In this document: positions 57,008 through 64,000 of the stretch, piece after piece
Layout of the letters: each line of letters opens with the position of its first letter
Numbering within the stretch: the first letter of the stretch is position 1
NCBI GenBank assembly: GCA_963752255.1
Contig: CAVVXT010000019.1
Location: 465,686 to 529,685, forward strand
Length of the DNA: 64,000 nt
Source of the DNA: Nitrososphaeria archaeon
GTDB lineage: Archaea; Thermoproteota; Nitrososphaeria; JACIWG01
Direction of reading: 5' to 3'
Program-made: the position numbers and the translations under genes
Notes under the pieces: generated by a model
Database searches by the model: none
Told to the model about the DNA's origin: nothing
What the model saw: the letters and a program-made list of their open reading frames with translations, nothing else

Positions 57008-57496
57008 ATGAATAAAGTAATTAATTATGTCAGCAAAAAAGCCAAGCTGGGAAGAAATGTGAAAGTTTGGCATTTCACCTATGTAGGAGATAACACGATT
57101 ATAGGAGACGATGTCATGATAGGATCTTTATGTCACATAGACTATAACGTCAAGATAGGGAGTCATGTTCGAATAGAAGGATTGACGTATATACCTCCGC
57201 AAACGGTTATAGGTGACAATGTTTTCATAGGTCCAGCTACGGTCTTTACCAACGACCCTTATCCACCAAGCAAGAAGATGGCAGGTGTAATCGTAGAAAA
57301 TGATGTTTCAATAGGTGCGAGGTCGGTCATAAAGGCAGGAGTAAGGCTTGGAAGAGGCTGTGTAATAGCGATGGGATCTGTTGTAACAAAAGATGTCCCC
57401 TCTGAAACTCTTGTCATAGGTTCCCCCGCAAACCCAGTCTACGACAGGAAAACATACGATGAAAAAAGGAAGACGTGGGAAAAAAATTCTACCTAA
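57008..57496 (+). CDS. Left-handed beta-helix (hexapeptide-repeat) acetyltransferase (WbpD/PglD-like sugar N-acetyltransferase)
   Basis: 162 aa; tandem [LIV]-G-x-x-x-x hexapeptides (IGDNTIIGDDVMIGSLCHI..., IGDNVFIGP..., VENDVSIGARSVI). Confidence 0.75.
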   Translation: MNKVINYVSKKAKLGRNVKVWHFTYVGDNTIIGDDVMIGSLCHIDYNVKIGSHVRIEGLTYIPPQTVIGDNVFIGPATVFTNDPYPPSKKMAGVIVENDVSIGARSVIKAGVRLGRGCVIAMGSVVTKDVPSETLVIGSPANPVYDRKTYDEKRKTWEKNST

Positions 57497-57734
57497 AAAC
57501 ACTTCTCCTCGCTATATAATTCCTTATCAAAAGCAGCAAGGCAAGCCATGCCATGGAGAGGACCAATGAGAAAAAGGCTTTAAGAACACTTGTAATTACC
57601 CTTCCGTTAAAATCGTTTGATATTCCAGGAAAAGGAACAATTAGCAGGAACACGACGAAAGTTAAAAGCAATAAGCTTATCCAAGAAAAAGTTACAAGAA
57701 GAATAAGATAGATAAAGTTCTTCAACGGCTTCAC
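57489..57734 (-). CDS. Small membrane protein (2 TM), possibly co-transcribed with the AglH-like gene
   Basis: 81 aa; two hydrophobic helices; 4-nt overlap with upstream GT gene. Confidence 0.35.
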   Translation of the reverse strand: MKPLKNFIYLILLVTFSWISLLLLTFVVFLLIVPFPGISNDFNGRVITSVLKAFFSLVLSMAWLALLLLIRNYIARRSVFR

Positions 57735-58744
57735 CCCTTTATCAGTAACGAAGTAAGAATCGCCAAAATAGTGCTGTAGGCAAACAAAAGTAGAATCCTC
57801 GTCGAAGCCTTCTTTTCGGACATGGGTCCGTCGGCAACAATCAGACGCGCTAGAGTCATCGGGGCGGCCTTATCTCTCGATGCCACCAAGAGCCCACCTT
57901 CATTCATGTAAACAGGTCGCGCCTTTATTGATCGATGCTCAACCACACCCTTGATGCTTGCAAGAATGAAGAATCCATTCAATATCGCAGGAACAAAGGC
58001 GATAAGTGAAGGAATCTCTGTCCTAGTAACTATTGCGCTTGCACCAAACAAAGCACCTAACATCAAGCTTCCTGAGTCACCAGCAAATATCTTCGAAGGA
58101 TATTTGTTGAATAGAAAAAGTGCAAATGATGCGGCAAATATTAGTAGCGGGAAGATCACGTTTTCATAGTTCCCATATAGCAGTATAGGAATTATTTGAG
58201 AAAAGCATAGTAAAGCACTCGAACCACTTATTGTTCCGTTATAGACGTCTATCATGTTAAACGCGTTCGCAACTACAGGAATAGCTAAAAGAACAATTAT
58301 CGGATAAATTATGGTTAGCCTAGTCGAACCAAATATGGGAAAAAGCAGATGTGAATCATAGACTCCAAAGAAAAGCAGTGGAAATGATCCAAGTATTGTT
58401 AAAGATGTCTTCAATTTCCCGCTTAGAACCTTCAGGTCGTCGACTAGACCGATCAAGAATATTATTGATATAGACAAAAAAACAGCAAAATACTTTATTT
58501 CAGATGTGTAAGCAAAAAGGAAAATAAGCGGTATACTTATACCGGCAAAAATGGCTGGGCCAGCGGGTTTGGGAACAAGTCTTTTATCTTTCTTATGGAA
58601 ATCTTCAACAACGAAACCCTTCTTTCTAAGAAAAATTATTGAATAAGATATTAGTAAGAATGATATAGTAAAACAGATGAGAGACAGAACGATTATAAGA
58701 TATGAGGGCTCCAAGTCAATTCTTGGCTCTAGGTTTAAATTCAC
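57731..58744 (-). CDS. aglH: UDP-GlcNAc:dolichyl-phosphate GlcNAc-1-phosphate transferase family (MraY/WecA/AglH, PF00953)
   Basis: 337 aa; ~10 TM; NAFNMIDVYNG and LIGLVDDLKVLSGKLK (DDxxD-containing cytoplasmic loop) typical of polyprenyl-phosphate GlcNAc-1-P transferases. Confidence 0.7.
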   Translation of the reverse strand: MNLNLEPRIDLEPSYLIIVLSLICFTISFLLISYSIIFLRKKGFVVEDFHKKDKRLVPKPAGPAIFAGISIPLIFLFAYTSEIKYFAVFLSISIIFLIGLVDDLKVLSGKLKTSLTILGSFPLLFFGVYDSHLLFPIFGSTRLTIIYPIIVLLAIPVVANAFNMIDVYNGTISGSSALLCFSQIIPILLYGNYENVIFPLLIFAASFALFLFNKYPSKIFAGDSGSLMLGALFGASAIVTRTEIPSLIAFVPAILNGFFILASIKGVVEHRSIKARPVYMNEGGLLVASRDKAAPMTLARLIVADGPMSEKKASTRILLLFAYSTILAILTSLLIKG

Positions 58745-58773
58745 AGACTTATTAAGATACGCTCAGATGAAGG

Positions 58774-59805
58774 ATGAATCATATACAGTGGACAAAAAAC
58801 AGATTAAAGATAATCGATCAAAGTAAACTCCCAGGACAGGTAAAATATCTTTACTTAGACGACTTAGAAGATTGTTATAGATCTATAGTATCAATGCAAG
58901 TTAGAGGGGCGCCTCTAATTGGTGTAGTGGGTGCGTTTGGTCTGGCACTACTTGCAATAAGCATCAAAACAGATTCGATTAAAGAGTTTTTAGAAAAAAT
59001 TGAGAAAGGAGCAGCGTATCTGTCAGATGCAAGGCCAACAGCATACAATCTTGGATATTGTGTAGGGCTTGTTCTTAAAGCAATAAAGGCTCAGAAGAGT
59101 ATCATCACAATGAAGGAGCAGGCAATAAATGAAGCTTTAACAATTATGATGACGGAGGAAGGGAACAGCAAGAAAATAGGAGAATTTGGGGAATCCTTGC
59201 TAGAGGACGGAGATACTGTTCTAACTCATTGTAATGCAGGAGCACTCGCCACAATCAAATATGGAACAGCTCTAGCCCCAATACGAATAGCTGTCGAGAG
59301 AGGAAAATGTCTATATGTCATTGCAACCGAAACCAGGCCAGGACAGCAGGGTGCCAGGCTTACAGCCTGGGAGCTTTTTGCAGATGGTATACCTGTAACC
59401 GTGATTGCGGATACTGCTGTAGGATATTTGATGAGTAAGGGGATGATTAGCAAGGTGATCGTTGGAGCCGATAGGATTACATCCGATGGATATGTTTTCA
59501 ACAAAATTGGAACGTATCAGATCGCAGTCCTAGCAGCAGAGCATCATATACCATTTTATGTTGCGGCACCCTCTTCAACCTTTGACCTGAAGACAGCCCA
59601 CAATGAAGTCGTTATTGAGGAAAGGGAAGCAAAAGAGATTGCAATTGTAGGCAGAAAGAGAATAGTTCCGAAGGGTGTAAGAGTATTCAATCCTGTATTT
59701 GATGAGACACCACCAACATTTGTTGAAGCAATAATAACAGAAAAAGGTATAATCCTGCCACCATATGTTGAAAGTATAAGGAAAACGATTTCTGATAGAA
59801 TTTAA
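58774..59805 (+). CDS. eIF-2B alpha/beta/delta-like isomerase (MtnA methylthioribose-1-P isomerase / ribose-1,5-bisphosphate isomerase family)
   Basis: 343 aa; HCNAGALAT, ETRPGQQGARLTAWEL, GADRITSDGYVFNKIGTYQIA, PFYVAAPSSTFD (catalytic Cys/Asp context). Confidence 0.75.
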   Translation: MNHIQWTKNRLKIIDQSKLPGQVKYLYLDDLEDCYRSIVSMQVRGAPLIGVVGAFGLALLAISIKTDSIKEFLEKIEKGAAYLSDARPTAYNLGYCVGLVLKAIKAQKSIITMKEQAINEALTIMMTEEGNSKKIGEFGESLLEDGDTVLTHCNAGALATIKYGTALAPIRIAVERGKCLYVIATETRPGQQGARLTAWELFADGIPVTVIADTAVGYLMSKGMISKVIVGADRITSDGYVFNKIGTYQIAVLAAEHHIPFYVAAPSSTFDLKTAHNEVVIEEREAKEIAIVGRKRIVPKGVRVFNPVFDETPPTFVEAIITEKGIILPPYVESIRKTISDRI

Positions 59806-60215
59806 TAGGGTGGAAGTTACTAAAGATATTTACACGATTTATATCTGATAGAGCTTACATATTAGTAGGATAAAAATGTCTATAACTGTTTTCTTAGAGG
59901 ATAATTAATGAATTGATATTAATTAACATACCTTAAAAACATGGTGAAAGGAAATAATTCACTTCAAAGAGTAAAAATGACGATGAAAAAGTATTATTTA
60001 GAACAAGAAAAAATAAGAGAACGATTAATTGCCAATTGTGAAACAAGAGATAAACCTAAGATAAGGTCGGATCAAAATAATATCAGGAAATTTGCATCGA
60101 ACGTGTTAACTTCATAGATCTATTATTTAATAAAGATTTTAACCCTGGAAAATTTGTGTAGAAGATGTTACTAGCAAAATTAATAATGCACATAACATAA
60201 ACAATGATGAGATAA

Positions 60216-60290
60216 GGGCCCGTGGCCCAGTAAGGATAAGGCATTGGCCTTCGGAGCCAAGGATCGTGGGTTCAAATCCCACCGGGCCCG
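60216..60290 (+). tRNA. tRNA-Arg (anticodon UCG)
   Basis: GGGCCCGUGGCCCAGUAAGGAUAAGGCAUUGGCCUUCGGAGCCAAGGAUCGUGGGUUCAAAUCCCACCGGGCCCG. Acceptor GGGCCCG/CGGGCCC, anticodon stem UUGGC/GCCAA with loop CUUCGGA, T-arm GUGGG/UUCAAAU/CCCAC. Confidence 0.8.
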
Positions 60291-60342
60291 TTCCATTTAC
60301 GGTTTAAAACCTTTAATATTAGACAGTACTATACCAGAGGTA

Positions 60343-61617
60343 ATGTCCACCAAGTACGCTAATCTCTTAGATGATACAGAAATTAGAAGATGGTACGATA
60401 ATGTTTCCCGAGGTTCAAAGGTCACGGCAGACGTTTACTTGAGAAGATTAGGTGCATTCTGCCAGACAAAACAATTAACACCTAAGAATCTTATTTCATT
60501 AAAGGAGCAGGAAATAGAAAACATCCTTTTGGATTACATAACTTCCATGGAGAAAAAAGGATTTGCTGGAAGCTACACGAAATCAACAGTAAAAGCCGTA
60601 CGTTCTTGGCTTTCATTCAACAGAAAGGAGATAAAGGTCAGACTGAAGATAAGAGGAGTAGAAGAGACACCATCCCTGAAAGATGAGCGGGTTCCAACAA
60701 AGGAAGAGCTGAAGAAGATATTCCTATCTGGTGACAAGAGATCAAGGGTAGCCTCCGTTCTTATTGCTCATTCTGGTCTGAGGATTGAAGTCTTAGGCAA
60801 CTACTTAGGCGATGACGGGCTAAGGCTAAAGGACCTGCCTGAAGTTCAGATTAAAGATGGAATCGTAGAACTTGGTAAAATCCCCACTATGATAGTGGTT
60901 AGAAAGGAGCTAAGCAAGGCAAGACACCAGTACTTCACATTTCTGTCCGAGGAAGGATGCGAATACTTGAAGGACTATCTGGATGAAAGAATGAGGCAAG
61001 GAGAAAAGCTGACACCAGAATCTCCCATCATGACTCCAAAGCAGAAGATGAAACCATTTATCAGAGGAATCAACATTGGAGATCTAATAAGGGATCCAAT
61101 GAGAAAGGCAGGTTTTCAATGGAGACCCTACGTTCTCCGAAGCTACTTTGACACACAACTTATGCTTGCAGAATCTAAAGGCTTGGTTTTGAGGGATTAT
61201 CGTGCTTTTTGGATGGGGCATAAAGGTGACATCGAAAATCGATACACTACGAACAAGCAGAATCTTCCAGAACAGGTCATAGAGGACATGAGAGAAGCTT
61301 ATAGAAGGTCTCAGGAATTCCTTCAGACAACTAATGGTGAGTCATCAAGTGAAAAGAAGATAGAAGATTCCATGAGAAAACATCTGCTATTGATAGCCGG
61401 GTTCAAACAGGATGAAGTAGAAAAGATGGATCTGCCGTCAATAAGCAGCGAAGACTTCAACAAGATGGTGAGAAACAAGCTGCTCGGCGCAATGGCCAAC
61501 AACGGAGCAAAACAGAAGATAGTCGAAGTAAAAGAACTGGACACGTACTTGGGAAGCGGATGGGAGTTCCAAGCCGTACTACCAGACGACAAGGCAATAG
61601 TAAAACTGCCCTTCTAA
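60343..61617 (+). CDS. int: Tyrosine-type site-specific integrase
   Basis: ORF-track frame opens inside the tRNA (60244); first Met at 60343 (MSTKYANLLDD...). C-terminal half carries R...HxxR...Y catalytic pattern (LIAHSGLRIEVLGNY; LRSYFDTQL; FWMGHKGDIENRYTTNKQ). Confidence 0.7.
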   Translation: MSTKYANLLDDTEIRRWYDNVSRGSKVTADVYLRRLGAFCQTKQLTPKNLISLKEQEIENILLDYITSMEKKGFAGSYTKSTVKAVRSWLSFNRKEIKVRLKIRGVEETPSLKDERVPTKEELKKIFLSGDKRSRVASVLIAHSGLRIEVLGNYLGDDGLRLKDLPEVQIKDGIVELGKIPTMIVVRKELSKARHQYFTFLSEEGCEYLKDYLDERMRQGEKLTPESPIMTPKQKMKPFIRGINIGDLIRDPMRKAGFQWRPYVLRSYFDTQLMLAESKGLVLRDYRAFWMGHKGDIENRYTTNKQNLPEQVIEDMREAYRRSQEFLQTTNGESSSEKKIEDSMRKHLLLIAGFKQDEVEKMDLPSISSEDFNKMVRNKLLGAMANNGAKQKIVEVKELDTYLGSGWEFQAVLPDDKAIVKLPF

Positions 61618-62301
61618 TGCACAAAGGTTTACCTTTGACCCAAAACCAAAAATTTCCACCGCAAAAAAAAGACCCTAAAAAGACAGGAAAAGACCCTGAA
61701 AAAAGCCGAAAAAGGCCAAATACTTCCATAGATGATCAATAAACAAATTTATTGATTAGAAACGTTAGTGTACGCGCATCTAAAAATCGATATTCTTTTG
61801 TCAAAAGGTCAAGAACAAGGATCGGAAGAAAGTCAAAACGTGTTAAGGTCCATTAACTTTAACCAACACCATTATTAGCCAATGGAAAATCAATCTAATT
61901 CACATCTGTCTGCATCTAAACATAGCCAAACTGGTTTGGATTTTTGGCTGATGGAGTTAAATCCTGTTACGTGAAGGGACATCATAAATTTAATGAATGG
62001 ATTGAGCAAAATAGTAATTTGTGCCCTATTCATCATACGAAGTTGAAGCTGATTGAAAAATGGCTTGATAGACCTCCTCCTGACGCCGTTTATTTGCCTG
62101 TCTAATACCTTGAAATCTTAATGTTTTAGATTAAGACATCATGGGAGGACCTTGGACTAATAGAAAAATCAACTTAAATCAACTTAATACTACTTTACGG
62201 GACTTTTGGGGGGATCTAAAACCACTTATTGATAAAAAAAGGGGGTCCACTAGAGCCTTTTTCCTAGGGAAATCTACTTTGCTGGTCCTTTCCTTCCAGC
62301 G

Positions 62302-62514
62302 TTAAAGTATTATTGAAGCGACGATTAACGCTGTTATAAATGCACCGACGATGGCCCATGATTTTAATGAGAAACCTAGAATGGTCGCCGGTAATATGAG
62401 ATTTGCTATTTTTATGGTTTTAATTGATGGCTGAACTGTTGAGGGTGTCGCTGTTACAAATGGCGGTCTAGGCTTTGTCCTAACTGGAGGCGTTGAATAT
62501 GTTGAAATGGACAT
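62302..62514 (-). CDS. Small Pro-rich protein with C-terminal TM anchor (70 aa), inside element
   Basis: MSISTYSTPPVRTKPRPPFVTATPS... + hydrophobic tail; ORF track only. Confidence 0.3.
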   Translation of the reverse strand: MSISTYSTPPVRTKPRPPFVTATPSTVQPSIKTIKIANLILPATILGFSLKSWAIVGAFITALIVASIIL

Positions 62515-62553
62515 TGTGGCCTCGGAGTTTTGGCTCTATCTAAGCAACATAGT

Positions 62554-62626
62554 TTCGTATCCCTCCTTTCAAACGGTCTTCAAAAGATCGGATTTCGTAT
62601 CTATCTTTCCAAATGACTTCGTATCC
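62554..62626. repeat. Three direct TTCGTATC(C) boxes in divergent promoter region (62554, 62594, 62618)
   Basis: gtttcgtatccc / atttcgtatcta / acttcgtatcct, spaced 40 and 24 bp. Confidence 0.5.
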
Positions 62627-62808
62627 TTGATTTGAAAAGAAAAGTGGACCAAGGTAGATAAGGTCAACGCAATTGTCGGGAAAATGTTCTAAAACTTCCT
62701 TACAGTCTCCACAATAGATGGCTTAGGAAGTCTTATAAAAAAGAAGGATTAGTAAAAGGTGTATAAAGTGGATACATAGATGTTGACAAAAGAACATGGT
62801 GAGCAGCA

Positions 62809-63663
62809 TTGAGGTTTGAAAGAATTACACTCAAAAACTTCATGCAGTACAGGGACACGGAAATACCTCTTAGCAGGAAGCCTGGCAGAAACGACCTCCA
62901 CATCTTCGTCGGAGGAGGCGGCACGGGGAAGACGAACCTGTTTAGAGCGATCAGATGGTGCCTCTACGGTGACAAGCCACATCATCCAAGTCCGCGGCAG
63001 TCGCCTATTCTAAACATCAAAGCAGCCGAAGCCTCAGACGACATGAAAGATCGAAAGGTTGCAGTAGAAATTGTGGCTAGAGAGGGGGACCAAATCTTCC
63101 TGTTCTCAAGGAAGGCCATGTTCAAGGTCTACAGATACGCAGGCTACTTTAATTCAGTTAGCACAGAGCAGACAGGATTCTACTGGAACGTTCTTGCCGT
63201 AATGAGGCAGCAGAAGAAGCTCACAGGGGAAAGGATCAGACAGGAAGTTGGGCCTCGACTAGAAGAACTACTTGGCCTGATTATGAATAGAAACCTCTTA
63301 GCCGATATTGATGAAGACTGCTTCGCCTCTAAACCAAATGAAATAGGATACAGCAATAGCCCACTGCTGTCTTCTGGAGAACGCCGACTGCTCACGCTAT
63401 CATCTAAGCTGGCCGCATGTCAACTGTCAGCGTTTAACGTGCCTATCGTGATGGATGCGCCTTTAGCATGGATGAGCGATGGAGTAATGGAGAGTTTTGC
63501 AGACATGATTTTGGCAGTTAGCAGGGTCAGGCAGGTGATACTGTTGCTCTCAACTTTAGAATATTCTCATGAAGTTAGCGAGCACTTGGACAGAAGCTGC
63601 AGCAGCAGATTCGCTCTCAAGCCAGGAAAGGACGGGCGTGAAACAGATGTGGAGACATGTTAG
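62809..63663 (+). CDS. Mini SMC/RecF-like ABC ATPase (AAA_21/AAA_23-like), Walker-B Glu replaced by Ala
   Basis: 284 aa; N-terminal RecF/SbcC-type Walker A (ITLKNFMQYRD...HIFVGGGGTGKTNLFRAIRWCLYG), ABC signature LSSGERRLLTLSSKLA, Walker B/D-loop VPIVMDAPLAWMSD (DA instead of DE), no coiled coil. Confidence 0.55.
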   Translation: MRFERITLKNFMQYRDTEIPLSRKPGRNDLHIFVGGGGTGKTNLFRAIRWCLYGDKPHHPSPRQSPILNIKAAEASDDMKDRKVAVEIVAREGDQIFLFSRKAMFKVYRYAGYFNSVSTEQTGFYWNVLAVMRQQKKLTGERIRQEVGPRLEELLGLIMNRNLLADIDEDCFASKPNEIGYSNSPLLSSGERRLLTLSSKLAACQLSAFNVPIVMDAPLAWMSDGVMESFADMILAVSRVRQVILLLSTLEYSHEVSEHLDRSCSSRFALKPGKDGRETDVETC

Positions 63664-63840
63664 GGACAGCAACATCTAGGTTAGCAAAACACCGATGGAT
63701 TTCTATACTTCTTAGTGAAATTCAAGCTGGCGCTATTTCTATAATTATCCCTTGCTAGAATACTAAGCAACAGACATATATAAGATTATTACAGACTTAC
63801 CATTAGACAAACTTGGTACGAAAATCAATTATAGAGCGCA

Positions 63841-64000
63841 TTAGAAAAATAGGGGTTCGACATGTGCTACTTTATAATGGCTTTTCTTTTTCTTAGTCTT
63901 CTTCTGCAGCTTTGAGAGTTTCGACCCTCCACTTTTAACTTCGACAAGTCCACTTTTTATAACCTTACCTGTAAGTGGATGTCTTGTCCTGACACGTAAA
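63841..64000 (-). CDS. 3' end of an unidentified gene running in from beyond the right edge (basic C-terminal tail)
   Basis: Own translation of minus strand to TAA (63841-63843): ...LRVRTRHPLTGKVIKSGLVEVKSGGSKLSKLQKKTKKKKSHYKVAHVEPLFF*. Confidence 0.3.
   Translation of the reverse strand, partial: LRVRTRHPLTGKVIKSGLVEVKSGGSKLSKLQKKTKKKKSHYKVAHVEPLFF

Larger units (their letters stand above)
60216..64000 (+). mobile_element. Integrated element at tRNA-Arg 3' end (tyrosine integrase + cargo), right boundary beyond window
   Basis: Integrase begins 53 nt after the tRNA 3' end and reads away from it. Downstream 2.4 kb is AT-rich with clustered short repeats, a 70-aa membrane ORF and an SMC/RecF-like mini ABC ATPase. 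No second att copy is visible inside the window. Confidence 0.55.

Noticed and set aside
59941-60120. 59-aa basic ORF (MVKGNNSLQRVKMTMKKYYLEQEK...) in the AT-rich gap before tRNA-Arg
   Set aside because: Below ORF-track threshold, no motif, AT-driven Lys/Asn content; kept only as a possibility.
60244-60342. ORF-track start of integrase inside the tRNA-Arg gene
   Set aside because: The first 33 codons are a translation of tRNA sequence. The first Met (60343) gives a normal-length tyrosine recombinase. The alternative of a split SSV-type int(C) remains possible but cannot be tested within the window.
61560-61742. 60-aa ORF across the int stop and A-rich repeat region
   Set aside because: Composed of Lys/Pro from poly-A/poly-C text; overlaps int end; no support.

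Overview
Overall: this window reads as an archaeal chromosome segment at about 40% GC. The evidence is a GINS-like/MCM/Hel308 operon, an RFC small subunit, two PurP paralogs, an AglH-type GlcNAc-1-P transferase, and archaeal-style tRNAs with no CCA encoded. A membrane-anchored G1 (eqolisin) glutamic peptidase, kdpABC and Thr-rich membrane-anchored proteins hint at an acidophilic Thermoplasmata-like lineage; that is inference only.

Core content:
- Replication and translation: putative gins, mcm, hel308, rfcS, hisS, tRNA-Gln(TTG) and tRNA-Arg(TCG).
- Purine synthesis: two purP paralogs, a frameshifted purB, and an AsnB-like gene without the N-terminal nucleophile.
- Transport and metabolism: kdpABC, an ABC-2 exporter, MFS and APC transporters, and many small-molecule enzymes (aldo/keto reductases, a nitroreductase, an iron-sulfur flavoprotein, HAD hydrolases, a pdxA2-otnK pair with ornithine cyclodeaminase and a URO-D-like protein).
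- A cell-surface glycan cluster (DUF354, WbpB-like, WbpD-like, AglH-like).

Accessory and unusual content:
- A partial radical-SAM gene with an N-terminal RRE/PqqD-like domain at the left edge, next to a C_GCAxxG_C_C cysteine protein. This looks like an archaeal RiPP-like locus cut by the window.
- A 1.9-kb segment bounded by imperfect inverted repeats of about 45 bp and a tRNA 3'-end fragment. It carries one lysine-rich clan-CD (caspase/gingipain-like) protease homologue.
- Three tandem membrane-anchored Thr-rich proteins, including the G1 acid peptidase.
- Two 116-bp perfectly identical direct repeats serving as promoter/leader for two different stand-alone RAM-domain genes just upstream of kdpABC.
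- A tyrosine-integrase element inserted at the 3' end of tRNA-Arg and extending past the right edge. Its cargo includes a mini ABC/SMC-like ATPase with Walker-B Glu replaced by Ala, and clustered short repeats.
- At least five disrupted genes: an in-frame TAG, single-nucleotide frameshifts (two in homopolymer runs), and two gene remnants. This points to either gene decay or indel-prone sequencing.

All calls are from manual translation and motif recognition; no database search was possible.
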